A stretch of DNA of 59,317 nt, the filler included. It is 5 parts of 5 records of this genome, joined end to end, with 100 filler letters (N's around TTAATTAATTAA, not from the genome) between each part and the next. Parts side by side here need not be neighbours in the genome. Positions count along the whole stretch, not along the records: positions 1 to 25,342 come from SRR20825006_1904; 4 more parts are not named here. One strand, given 5' to 3'. This document shows, in pieces, positions 11,343 to 20,976 of the stretch (position 1 is its first letter; each line of letters starts with the position of its first letter). A program made the position numbers and the translations under genes. Below the pieces are notes generated by a model. The model was not told the DNA's origin, did no database searches, and was given only the letters and a program-made list of their open reading frames with translations.

Positions 11343-12364
11343 GGGTTCTGCCTCCGCAGCGTCCGCCAGACCGCAGCCGGCTTCAAGGTACTGAAACAGG
11401 GCGGCTCCACACCCTTACCCAGCTCCCCACGGTAAGTGCATTTCTCCTGCACGCAGGGCGCGCAGGGAAAATCCGCCGCCAATGACGAAGCACGCATGCC
11501 CAGCACCCCGGTCAGCATCGGGTCGGTAGGGCCATACAGAGCCACACCCGGCAAGCCGGCAGCGGCGGCCAGATGTGCCAGCCCGGTATCCACGGCGATA
11601 AAGGCATCCCAACTCAACAGTTTGTCGGTCAGCGCATCCAGCCCCATTTTGGGCAACACACAAACGCGCTCCAGCCCCGCGGCCAGCCGTTCGGCACGAG
11701 CCTTTTCTTCGTTATTACCCCAAGGCAGATGAACACGGTGGCCGTCGCTACTTGCCAACTCAAGGAGCTGACGCCAGAAGGCTTCCGGGTAATGTTTGGT
11801 GGGCCAGGTAGTGCCATGACAGAACACCAGTTCTGCCGGCTCGCTCAAGGGCGTTGGCACATGCTCACGGGGTAGCCCATAGTCTGGCGCGGCATCGGGA
11901 AGGGCGTAACCCAGAGCCAGGGAAAACAATTGGCGAACCCGCTTAATGGCGTGCTGGCCTCGAGCCACAGGGAGCGGATGATCCAGTACTCTGGCCGACA
12001 CCCCCTCCCGCGCAGAGTGCTTATCAAGACCGAATTTGGGACCACGGGAGAGGCGCGTAACAAACGCGCTTTTCAGCAAGCCCTGGGCATCAATCACCGC
12101 ATCATAGGAGGTTGACTGAACGGCGGACTTGAAAGCCGCCCACTCCCCGGAGCGGCGCGCCTTGATGGGATGCTTACGCCAGCGGCGCAGGGCACAGGGA
12201 ATGACAGTGTGAACGGCAGGGTGACGGCGGGCCAGGTCGGCAAAGCTGTCTTCCACCACCCAGTCCACCTGCAGATCAGGAATGGCAGCCCGCGCATCGG
12301 TGAGAGCCGGCAGGGTATGGATCACATCCCCCATGGAGGAGGTCTTGATCAGAAGCACACGCAT
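11339..12364 (-). CDS. waaC: LPS heptosyltransferase I
   Basis: IKTSSMGDVIHTLPALTD, DAQGLLKSA and VDTGLAHLAAA motifs. Confidence 0.95.
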   Translation of the reverse strand: MRVLLIKTSSMGDVIHTLPALTDARAAIPDLQVDWVVEDSFADLARRHPAVHTVIPCALRRWRKHPIKARRSGEWAAFKSAVQSTSYDAVIDAQGLLKSAFVTRLSRGPKFGLDKHSAREGVSARVLDHPLPVARGQHAIKRVRQLFSLALGYALPDAAPDYGLPREHVPTPLSEPAELVFCHGTTWPTKHYPEAFWRQLLELASSDGHRVHLPWGNNEEKARAERLAAGLERVCVLPKMGLDALTDKLLSWDAFIAVDTGLAHLAAAAGLPGVALYGPTDPMLTGVLGMRASSLAADFPCAPCVQEKCTYRGELGKGVEPPCFSTLKPAAVWRTLRRQNP

Positions 12365-12367
12365 GAA

Positions 12368-13156
12368 TTAGCGACCTACCTTGTCTTTAAACTTTCGCTC
12401 CAACCGGTCCAGAAGTGAGCGTCCAGCAGCACCTCCCAAGGGTTGAGCAAGGTATTCCCGCAGAAATCTCAGCCTGTCCCGATCAGACAAGCCTTTTGTT
12501 CGCCTCGCCAGACTTTCGAGATCCCGCACACGGGGGCGCCAGTGCTGATAGTGCGGCCGGCAACGTTCCAGGTCGATAAACCGGGTATCATATCGCTGCC
12601 GCAACTCAGACCAGGCAACAAAAACATGCTTGGGATACAGATTTTGATGAGCCAGCCCTTGCTCATGCAGCAACCGAACTGCTGCCGCCACATCCCGAAT
12701 CAATGCAACCCGACGCCCCAAAGGCAGCTGGCGAAAAGGCGCACTGTCCAGACTTTGAAAGTTCTCCAGGCCCAGACTCACCAGCATGGCTTCCTTGTCC
12801 CCGCTCACATTGTTCGCAGAAAAAAACAACGGCTCTACCACGGGCACACCCATCTGCCAGCAACGCATCATGGCCTTGTACTCCTGATACAGTGTTGCCT
12901 GGCCGCGAAATGGGTGCCTCACACTGCGCCGCACGTAGTTGCGCTGGTGTTTGATATACACCCTTTTCTCAACACCGTCGGGATCAGTGACCACAGCACT
13001 AAAAACCTGGCTCAGCCCGCGTCCCCTCCGATTCGGTTTGTCGACCAGAGTTCTGTCCAGAGCCAACCAATCATCAATGGTTGTGAGGCCACATCCTTGT
13101 AAAGCCTGTCGCCAGTGGGGGTGGAAATAACTGGCGCTCAATTCCGTTTCTATCAC
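12368..13156 (-). CDS. LPS kinase, InaA family
   Basis: VDKPNRRGRG.S.V, KHQRNY, H.NLYPKHVF and IDLERCR motifs. Confidence 0.8.
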   Translation of the reverse strand: MIETELSASYFHPHWRQALQGCGLTTIDDWLALDRTLVDKPNRRGRGLSQVFSAVVTDPDGVEKRVYIKHQRNYVRRSVRHPFRGQATLYQEYKAMMRCWQMGVPVVEPLFFSANNVSGDKEAMLVSLGLENFQSLDSAPFRQLPLGRRVALIRDVAAAVRLLHEQGLAHQNLYPKHVFVAWSELRQRYDTRFIDLERCRPHYQHWRPRVRDLESLARRTKGLSDRDRLRFLREYLAQPLGGAAGRSLLDRLERKFKDKVGR

Positions 13157-14208
13157 TCATCTCCAACCAATTGCTCCAGAGCCTCAATAACCTGCGACGG
13201 TGGCAGTTGGCGCAAGCAGTTCAAGTGACCCAGCGGGCATTCACGCTCGAAACAGGGGCTGCACTCCAATCCCAATCGTACCACTGCCACCCGGTCGCCC
13301 AGGGGAGGCGTAAAGCCGGGAGAGGTGGAGCCGTAGACGGACACCAGTGGCCGCTTCAGGGCGGCCGCAATATGCATCAGGCCAGAATCATTACTGACCA
13401 CCGCCATGGTGGCCGAGAGCAGGTCCACAGCCTGCTCCAGGGATGTATTCCCCGCCAGCACCACCGCATGTTCATCGGCGCCATTCGCCAACGACCCGAC
13501 GATAACATCGGCCACGGGCTGGTCTTTTCCGGAACCAAAGATCCATACCTGCCCGCCACGCTCGATCCAGTACTGGGCCACTGCAGCATAATGATGCTCC
13601 GGCCAGCGCTTGGCCGGACCGAATTCAGCCCCGGGACACAGCCCCAGCACCGGGCGGTCCAGGTTCAGATTATGCGCCGCCATCGCCCCATTGCGCGAAT
13701 CGTCACTGACCTGCAAGTGCGGGGCGGTAATATCTTCCAGCCCCGGAACCGGTGCGCCTTCCGGCAACGCCAGCGCCACAAAGCGCTGCACCATCAAGGG
13801 GTAGCGTTGCTTGTCCAGTTTGCGCACATCGTTGAGCAGCCCATAGCGCATTTCGCCGCGCCAGCCGGTGCGCACCGGGACCTTCGCCGAAAACGGCACC
13901 AGCGCAGACTTGAGCGAATTGGGCAGCACATAACTTTGCTGATAGTGGCCGCGCAAGGATTTCCCCAGTGCGTGCCGCTCCCCAAGACGCAAATCGCCAT
14001 GGTCAAACGGCAACGCCAGCGCCTCACGCACTTCAGGCATGCGTGACAGCAGCGGCCGGCACCAGGTCGGCGCCAGCACATCGATAGCACAATCGGGGTA
14101 TTGATGACGCAGTTCGGAAAACAGCGTTTGCGCCATCACCATGTCGCCGACCCAGGACGGGCCGACGACAAGGATGGCGGAGGGCGAGTCGGTCAAGGTA
14201 GCCGGCAT
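13153..14208 (-). CDS. waaF: LPS heptosyltransferase II
   Basis: GPSWVGDMVMAQ, CPGAEFGPAKRWP and NDSGLMH motifs. Confidence 0.96.
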   Translation of the reverse strand: MPATLTDSPSAILVVGPSWVGDMVMAQTLFSELRHQYPDCAIDVLAPTWCRPLLSRMPEVREALALPFDHGDLRLGERHALGKSLRGHYQQSYVLPNSLKSALVPFSAKVPVRTGWRGEMRYGLLNDVRKLDKQRYPLMVQRFVALALPEGAPVPGLEDITAPHLQVSDDSRNGAMAAHNLNLDRPVLGLCPGAEFGPAKRWPEHHYAAVAQYWIERGGQVWIFGSGKDQPVADVIVGSLANGADEHAVVLAGNTSLEQAVDLLSATMAVVSNDSGLMHIAAALKRPLVSVYGSTSPGFTPPLGDRVAVVRLGLECSPCFERECPLGHLNCLRQLPPSQVIEALEQLVGDE

Positions 14209-14216
14209 CCGCCTGT

Positions 14217-15143
14217 TTAGCTCACGTAAGTGAGCCAGTCTCCATAGTCGTCATCCAGCTTGCCGCGCACCAGATCGAAATACACCGCCTGCAATTGCTC
14301 GGTGACCGGGCCACGCTTGCCTGCACCGATGATGCGGCCGTCCAGCTCACGAATCGGCATCACTTCAGCGGCAGTCCCCGTGAAGAAAGCCTCATCGGCG
14401 ATGTACAACTCGTCGCGGGTAATCCGCTTTTCGCGCACCGGGTAACCGCGCTCTTCGGCCAACTGAATGATGGTTTTGCGGGTAATGCCATCCAGGCAAG
14501 AGGTCAGTTCCGGGGTGTAGATGATACCGTCACGAACCAGGAACACATTCTCACCGGAGCCTTCCGCCACATACCCTTCGTTATCCAGCAGCAACGCCTC
14601 ATCGGCACCGCCGGACAGCGCTTCGTTCAGCGCCAGCATGGAGTTCATGTAGTTACCGTTGGCCTTCGCCTTACACATGGTGATGTTCACATGGTGACGC
14701 GTATAGCTGGATGTGCGCACCTTGATGCCCAGCTCCAGTGCCTCCGGTGACATGTAGGACGGCCATTCCCAAGCCGCCACCATCACATGCACTTTCAGGT
14801 TGTGGGCACGCAGGCCCATGCCTTCGCTACCGTAAAACGCCATCGGGCGCAGGTAGGCGTGAGGCAAATTATTTTCACGAATCGCTGACAGATGCGCCTC
14901 GTTGATCTGCTCCTTGGTAAAGGGCAGCTTCATGTTGAGAATATGCGCACTGTTGAAAAACCGGTCGGTGTGATCCTGCAGGCGAAAAACAGCCGGGCCG
15001 TTTGCCGTTTCGTAGGCGCGCACGCCCTCAAAAACGCCCATGCCATAATGCAGGGTGTGCGTCAGCACGTGCACCTTGGCCTCCTGCCAGGGAACCAACT
15101 CGCCATCCAACCAGATAAAACCGTCTCTTACAGCCATCGACAT
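14217..15143 (-). CDS. ilvE: Branched-chain amino acid aminotransferase
   Basis: LHYGMGVFEGVRAY, AEGSGEN and FTGTAAEV motifs. Confidence 0.97.
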   Translation of the reverse strand: MSMAVRDGFIWLDGELVPWQEAKVHVLTHTLHYGMGVFEGVRAYETANGPAVFRLQDHTDRFFNSAHILNMKLPFTKEQINEAHLSAIRENNLPHAYLRPMAFYGSEGMGLRAHNLKVHVMVAAWEWPSYMSPEALELGIKVRTSSYTRHHVNITMCKAKANGNYMNSMLALNEALSGGADEALLLDNEGYVAEGSGENVFLVRDGIIYTPELTSCLDGITRKTIIQLAEERGYPVREKRITRDELYIADEAFFTGTAAEVMPIRELDGRIIGAGKRGPVTEQLQAVYFDLVRGKLDDDYGDWLTYVS

Positions 15144-15185
15144 GGCAGTGATACTCCCAGAACTAAGGACCCTTGAGCGAACGCC

Positions 15186-18050
15186 CTACAGGTCGAACCA
15201 ATGCTTCCAGATCGCTCGCACGCCTTCACGCAAATCGCGGAATTGAGTGTCGTCGACAATGGATTTCTCTTTGCGCAACGAGGCGCGATGAGCCGCGGAC
15301 CGGTAAGCCAGGTAGGCTTCCCGCAGCAGGCCGGCATCCTGTGCCGACATAATGTCCAATGCGGCCAGTGTTTCCAGCAAGCGCACATTATCGGTGAAGC
15401 GGGTCAGTTCACCGTGGGAGGAGGCCCATCTCAGAACCCCGTATTGCACCATAAATTCGATATCAACGATACCTCCCGGATCCTGCTTGAGGTGAAAAGT
15501 GTCCGGGGTTTTGTCGGCCAGGTGATCCACCATCTTGGTCCGCATGGCCAGCACGTCTTCGCGGAGTTTGTCCTGCGGGCGCGAATCACACAGCACCTGA
15601 TGGCGAATATCGTTAAAGCGGGTACGCGCCCGGCTGCAACCGGCCACCACCCGGGCACGCACCAGCGCCTGATGCTCCCAGGTCCAGGCATCGTTGCGCT
15701 GGTACTTTTCAAACGCATCCATGGAACTCACCAACAGCCCGGCACTACCGGACGGACGCAGGCGCGTATCCACTTCGTAGAGCTGGCCGCTCATGGTGCG
15801 CGTGCCGATGATATGCACGATGCGCTGCCCCAAGCGGGCATAAAACTGCTCGTTAGAGACAGATTTTTCCCCGTCGGTCATGCCGCCACTGGCCGCATCG
15901 TGAAGGAACACCAGGTCCAGGTCGGAATTGTGTCCCAGCTCGATGCCTCCCAGCTTGCCATAGCCCACCACCACAAAATCCGGGCTACAGGGCTGGCCAT
16001 CATCCCGCGACGGGCGACCGTGGCGCTCGACCATGGGCTCCCAAGCCAGCATCACCACCTGATTGAGAATACTCTCGGCCAGCCAGGTCAGGTAATCGCT
16101 TACCTTCATCAATGGCAGCACTTCGGTCACTTCCGACGCCGCCACCCGCAACAGATGGGCCTGCTTGAAATTACGCAGCACCTCCATCTGTTGTTCCAGG
16201 TCATCTTCTGCCACCCGCAACAACTGCTGGCGCAGCTCGTCATCCAGCTCTGCCCGTTCCGGCGGCGAGTAAAGGGTGCGCACGTCGAGAAGCTCGTCGA
16301 GCAACACCGGGTGACGGGTGAGTCGCTCGGCAATCCAGGGGCTGGCGCCAGACAATTTCACCAACTGGGTCAGCGCGCTGGGGTTTTCCACCAGCAGTGC
16401 AATATAGGCACTGCGGCGCAATACCGCTTCCACGAAGGCGATCAAACGCGTGGCCGTCGTTTCACCATGCCCCTGGTAGCCCAGGGCTTCGAGCATCAAC
16501 GGCATCAACCGGTCCAGCCGCTCACGGCTGATGGTCTGCATGTTTTCTACCGACCGACTATTGCGGAACACATCCAGCTTGGCATAAACGGCATCGGCAT
16601 CCTGCACACCGATGGCACTGAGCTGTGCTACCGCAGCATCGTCATCCAGCTCGCCCAACCACAGATCCAGCAGCTCCTGATCGGCCCCCTGGGCGGCATC
16701 GGTTTCCTGTTCCGGGTCGGCAATCACCTGGCTGAAATGATGGCGCACACTTTCCCGGTAACGGCGCAGCTTGCGCTCAAAGGCGGCACGGGCAGAAAAA
16801 CCCATGGCAAACGTCAGCCGCTGCCAGCCCAATTCGTCATCCGGCAAGCGCTGAGTCTGCTTGTCCGCCACCGCCTGCAGGCGGTGCTCCACATCCCGCA
16901 GGAACAGGTAGGCCTCGGTGAGCTCATCGGCCACATCGTCGGGCAGCAGCTCCAGCTCCACCAGTTGCGGCAAAACCTTGATCAGATTCGGCTCACGCAG
17001 GGCTGGCAGCTGACCACCACGAATCAGCTGAAACGCCTGCACAATAAATTCCACTTCGCGAATGCCACCGGCGCCCAGCTTCACATCGGCCTGCATGCCC
17101 TTGCGATTCACTTCCCGCTCGATCAGGGACTTCATTTCCCGCAAGGACTGGAAAGCGCCGTAGTCGATATAGCGGCGATAGACGAAGGGATTCAAGCGCT
17201 TGATCAGGCGATCACCCGCCTGCAGATCGCCAGCCATGGGACGCATCTTGATCAGCGCATAACGCTCCCATTCACGGCCCTGGGTCTCGTAGTAACCCTC
17301 CATGGCATCAAAGCCGATGGCCAGCACGCCACTCTTGCCCCAGGGGCGCAGACGCATATCTACCCGGAAAACAAAACCGTCGGCAGTGGTCTGATCCAGC
17401 GCCTTGATCAATTGCTGGCCCAGGCGAACAAAGAACTGATGGTGGGTTAGCGCGCGGCGCTCGCCTTCTATTTCACCCTCGTGCTCGTAGGCAAAAATCA
17501 GGTCGATATCGGAAGACAGGTTCAGCTCGTGGGCGCCCAGCTTGCCCATGGCCAGCACCACCAGCCTCACGGGGTTACCGTCCGGGTCCAGCGGTGTACC
17601 ACTGCGCTCACAGGCCCAGCCGTACAGCACCGACAGCGCCTCGTCGATAAGGCTATCCGCCAGCAACGACAGGTCCGCCACGGCACTGTGGTAATCGCCG
17701 ATCCGAGCCAGATCTCGCCAGACAATGCGCACCATATGACGATGACGCAGACGGCGCAGGGCCCGTTTGAGGCTGTCCTCGCTGTCGCATTGCGCCAGCA
17801 GGGTGCGAATTTCCTCTTTCAGGGACGACGCCGCCAGCGCCTGGCTAAGGTCACTGGCCAGCAGCCACTCCCCCAGCCCCGGATCGCGCTGAAACTGGGC
17901 CGCCACGTAGTCAGAGCCCGCCCATACACGGGGCAAGTCGGCCAACAGGCCATCGGGGATACGGTGCCCGGATTCGACAAAGTGCATCCAGTGCTGGCTG
18001 ACCAGCACCGAGAGTTCATCCGGCAGGGAGTGATATTGGGGTTCATTCAT
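15186..18050 (-). CDS. glnE: Glutamine synthetase adenylyltransferase/adenylyl-removing enzyme
   Basis: Two NTase domains, GKLGAHELNLSSDIDL and GKLGGIELGHNSDLDL; 954 aa. Confidence 0.97.
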   Translation of the reverse strand: MNEPQYHSLPDELSVLVSQHWMHFVESGHRIPDGLLADLPRVWAGSDYVAAQFQRDPGLGEWLLASDLSQALAASSLKEEIRTLLAQCDSEDSLKRALRRLRHRHMVRIVWRDLARIGDYHSAVADLSLLADSLIDEALSVLYGWACERSGTPLDPDGNPVRLVVLAMGKLGAHELNLSSDIDLIFAYEHEGEIEGERRALTHHQFFVRLGQQLIKALDQTTADGFVFRVDMRLRPWGKSGVLAIGFDAMEGYYETQGREWERYALIKMRPMAGDLQAGDRLIKRLNPFVYRRYIDYGAFQSLREMKSLIEREVNRKGMQADVKLGAGGIREVEFIVQAFQLIRGGQLPALREPNLIKVLPQLVELELLPDDVADELTEAYLFLRDVEHRLQAVADKQTQRLPDDELGWQRLTFAMGFSARAAFERKLRRYRESVRHHFSQVIADPEQETDAAQGADQELLDLWLGELDDDAAVAQLSAIGVQDADAVYAKLDVFRNSRSVENMQTISRERLDRLMPLMLEALGYQGHGETTATRLIAFVEAVLRRSAYIALLVENPSALTQLVKLSGASPWIAERLTRHPVLLDELLDVRTLYSPPERAELDDELRQQLLRVAEDDLEQQMEVLRNFKQAHLLRVAASEVTEVLPLMKVSDYLTWLAESILNQVVMLAWEPMVERHGRPSRDDGQPCSPDFVVVGYGKLGGIELGHNSDLDLVFLHDAASGGMTDGEKSVSNEQFYARLGQRIVHIIGTRTMSGQLYEVDTRLRPSGSAGLLVSSMDAFEKYQRNDAWTWEHQALVRARVVAGCSRARTRFNDIRHQVLCDSRPQDKLREDVLAMRTKMVDHLADKTPDTFHLKQDPGGIVDIEFMVQYGVLRWASSHGELTRFTDNVRLLETLAALDIMSAQDAGLLREAYLAYRSAAHRASLRKEKSIVDDTQFRDLREGVRAIWKHWFDL

Positions 18051-18090
18051 GGGCGGCTATTGTCGTACGGCGAGGGGAAAGCTACAAGCA

Positions 18091-18159
18091 TGACGCCTGA
18101 CGCCTGACGAGAGCTCGGTTTTTTGGCGTCACGCTTCCGGCATCGGGCATCAGGCGTTC
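18091..18159. repeat. Inverted pair of heptamer arrays (tgacgcc x2-3 ... ggcgtca/ggcatcg/ggcatca/ggcgttc)
   Basis: 7-bp periodic units read directly; the second block is the approximate reverse complement of the first. Confidence 0.65.
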
Positions 18160-18161
18160 AT

Positions 18162-19973
18162 TCAGCCCATCAGGATATCCTGTGACGGCGTGACCCGCAT
18201 AACCTCTTCAATGGTGGTCAAGCCTTTCGCCACTTTCATGGCCCCGCTGATACGCAGCGGCTTCATGCCCGATTTCAGCGACGCCCGGGTGAGGGTTTCC
18301 AGGTCTGCGCCACGGGTGATGTGATTCTTCAGGGTGGTGCGCAACGGCATGGTTTCATACACCCCCATACGGCCCCGATAACCCGTGCCCCGGCATTCCA
18401 GGCAGCCCACCGGCTGATACAGTGTCTCCGGCATCTTCATCTTGAAGGGGCGAACCAGCTCATCCCAGGCCAGCGGGTCCGTTTCACTGGGCGCCTTGCA
18501 GTTCGGGCACAGGGTTCGCACCAGCCGCTGTGCCATCACCCCCAGCACCGTGGCACTGATCATGTAGGGCGGCACGCCCAGGTCAATGAGGCGCGTCACC
18601 GAGGACGGCGCGTCATTGGTGTGCAGGGTCGACAGCACCAGGTGGCCGGTCAGCGCCGCCTGAATGGCCATATCGGCGGTTTTCAGGTCGCGAATCTCAC
18701 CGATCATGATGATATCCGGATCCTGACGCAGCATGGCCTTCACCCCCTGGGCAAAGTCCACATCAATATTGGCCTGGATCTGCATTTGGTTGAAGCTGGG
18801 CTCCACCATTTCGATGGGATCTTCAATGGTGCAGACATTCACCTCACTGGTGGCCAGCTGCTTGAGAGTGGAATACAGCGTGGTGGTTTTCCCCGAACCG
18901 GTGGGGCCGGTCACAAAGATGATGCCATGGGGATGGCTGGTCATCTGGTTCCAGGTATCGTGATCCTCTTTGCTAAAGCCCAGCTGCTCGAAGCTGCGCA
19001 CCAGCACGTCCGGATCGAACACCCGCATCACCATCTTTTCCCCAAACGCGGTGGGCAGCGTGGAGATACGCAGTTCGATCTCATCCCCTTCCGGCGACTT
19101 GGTTTTCAATCGCCCATCCTGGGGTTTGCGCTTTTCCGCCACGTTCAGGCGGCTGAGGATTTTCAAACGGCTGGTCACCGCCGCCATGATGGCCGCCGGC
19201 AATTCATACACATCGTGCAAGACACCATCGATGCGAAAACGCATCTTGCCGGTTTCCCGGCGCGGCTCCAGATGAATATCACTGGCCCGCTGGGAAAACG
19301 CGTACTGCAGAATCCAGTCCACAATATTGACGATATGCTGATCGTCCGCGTCGTGATGCCCCTTGCCCACTTCCAGCAACTGCTCGAAGTTGGTAATGCC
19401 CGACATTTCCTGGCCGGTATTGCCAGCGGCGCCGGCGATGGAGCGGCTCAGGTTATAGAACTCGATCCGGTAGCGGCGCATTTGCTCCGGGTTGACCAGC
19501 ACCACCTCCAGTTCACGATCGCGCAGCACCTGCTGCAAATGGGGTTGCCAGTCACGCACAAAAGGCTGATCGCAGGCCACCACCACCTTGTCACGGTGCA
19601 CTTCCACCGCCACGATGCCGTGGCGCTCGGCGAAAGCGTAGCTCATCACATTGGTGACCTGATCCACATGCACCTTGAGCGGGTCAATGTTGTATACCGG
19701 CAAACCGCTTTTGGCCGACAGCCACTGGGTCAGAAAGTCCACATCCAGCAACTGATGGGTATCGGTCCGGTCCGTGAGGCGGTATTTGGCCAGCACCTGA
19801 ATGGCGTGCCAATTCAGCTCTTTCTTCTCGCGCGGCGTGGTAGAGATGACGTTGAAGTCTTCCTGGCTGACGCGGCCTTCATCCAGCAACTCGCGCATCA
19901 ACCAGCGCACATCAATCAGCAGGCCGTCCAACTTGGCGGGATCAGCGGGGGCGTTAGCGCTCACTTTCGTCAC
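18162..19973 (-). CDS. GspE/PulE/PilB-family secretion ATPase (stand-alone)
   Basis: ASDIHLEP, Walker A GPTGSGKTT, RQDPDIIMIGEIRD, His box and CPNC..CLEC; GTG start is approximate. Confidence 0.9.
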   Translation of the reverse strand: MTKVSANAPADPAKLDGLLIDVRWLMRELLDEGRVSQEDFNVISTTPREKKELNWHAIQVLAKYRLTDRTDTHQLLDVDFLTQWLSAKSGLPVYNIDPLKVHVDQVTNVMSYAFAERHGIVAVEVHRDKVVVACDQPFVRDWQPHLQQVLRDRELEVVLVNPEQMRRYRIEFYNLSRSIAGAAGNTGQEMSGITNFEQLLEVGKGHHDADDQHIVNIVDWILQYAFSQRASDIHLEPRRETGKMRFRIDGVLHDVYELPAAIMAAVTSRLKILSRLNVAEKRKPQDGRLKTKSPEGDEIELRISTLPTAFGEKMVMRVFDPDVLVRSFEQLGFSKEDHDTWNQMTSHPHGIIFVTGPTGSGKTTTLYSTLKQLATSEVNVCTIEDPIEMVEPSFNQMQIQANIDVDFAQGVKAMLRQDPDIIMIGEIRDLKTADMAIQAALTGHLVLSTLHTNDAPSSVTRLIDLGVPPYMISATVLGVMAQRLVRTLCPNCKAPSETDPLAWDELVRPFKMKMPETLYQPVGCLECRGTGYRGRMGVYETMPLRTTLKNHITRGADLETLTRASLKSGMKPLRISGAMKVAKGLTTIEEVMRVTPSQDILMG

Positions 19974-20131
19974 TCTTTCTACTCTCCCAAATTCTTCACA
20001 GCACGCGGGCGGCGCCCGCACCACAACGGAGAAACACAAACACAGCCCCGGTGAACCGGGGTCATCTCATTATTCTGGCGTAGCCAAAGGCGGGCTATCA
20101 GCCTCTTTACTGTAACCCTAACACTGAACCC

Positions 20132-20160
20132 CTGACAGCCCCGTCCGCTTTCTCTATACT
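20132..20160 (+). promoter_or_regulatory. Putative sigma70 promoter of TIGR00153-pit
   Basis: CTGACA-17 bp-TATACT. Confidence 0.55.
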
Positions 20161-20173
20161 CGCGACCCAATTC

Positions 20174-20191
20174 ATGACGGAACTGTGACAT
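20174..20191 (-). promoter_or_regulatory. Pho-box-like site downstream of the promoter
   Basis: Minus strand ATGTCAC-AGTT-CCGTCAT: two half sites with 11-bp periodicity. Confidence 0.5.
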
Positions 20192-20285
20192 CGTTGTCAC
20201 CGGCCCGCCGCCGCTACCCGCCAGCAGCGAATAGCGGCATCATGGGAAGCTGTTTCCAACCCTAAAACTTGGACCCGAGGCGCCT

Positions 20286-20966
20286 ATGTCCTTTGGAAGC
20301 TCCATTGCCGGCCTGTTCGGCCGCTCGCCAATCAAACCCCTGCAACAGCACTACGACACCGTTCACGACTGTGCCCGCACACTCGCAGACTTCTTCGCTG
20401 CCGTGACCGAAAGCGACTGGGACAAAGCCCGCGCCGCCCGCAAACGCATCGCGGAGCTGGAAAACCAGGCCGACGAGCTGAAGAAAGAATTTCGACTGAA
20501 CCTGCCCAAAAGCCTGTTTTTACCCATGCCCCGCACCGATCTGCTCGACCTGATCAGCGTGCAGGACAAGGTGGCCAACAAGGCCAAAGACATCTCCGGG
20601 CTGATGCTGGGCCGACAGATGACGATTCCCGCGGTACTGGCTGATGTCATGCTTAGTTATGTACAAGGCGCCATCGACACCTCCGCTCAGGCCCAGAAAG
20701 CCATCAATGAACTCGATGAGCTCATCGAAACCGGCTTCAGTGGCCGCGAAGTCCAGATCGTGGAAGAGCTCATCGAAGAGCTGGACCGGCTGGAGCGCAA
20801 CAACGACGAGCAGCAGATCACCATCCGTTCCACCCTGTTCAAGCTGGAAAGCGAACTGCCCCCGGTGGATGTCATTTTTCTCTACAAGATCATCGAATGG
20901 GTAGGCGATCTGGCTGATCGCGCCCAGAAAGTGGGCGGCCGCCTGCAGATGTTGGTCGCACGCTAG
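20286..20966 (+). CDS. TIGR00153/DUF47 phosphate transport regulator (PhoU-like)
   Basis: FGRSPIKPLQQH, LE..ADELK and QDKVAN motifs; directly upstream of pit. Confidence 0.9.
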   Translation: MSFGSSIAGLFGRSPIKPLQQHYDTVHDCARTLADFFAAVTESDWDKARAARKRIAELENQADELKKEFRLNLPKSLFLPMPRTDLLDLISVQDKVANKAKDISGLMLGRQMTIPAVLADVMLSYVQGAIDTSAQAQKAINELDELIETGFSGREVQIVEELIEELDRLERNNDEQQITIRSTLFKLESELPPVDVIFLYKIIEWVGDLADRAQKVGGRLQMLVAR

Positions 20967-20976
20967 GAGAGTTCTT

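Noticed and set aside
15201-17450. 749-aa plus-strand ORF (and the 577-aa ORF at 18321-20054)
   Set aside because: These are antisense shadows of glnE and the ATPase gene, expected from high-GC codon bias, and show no recognisable motifs.
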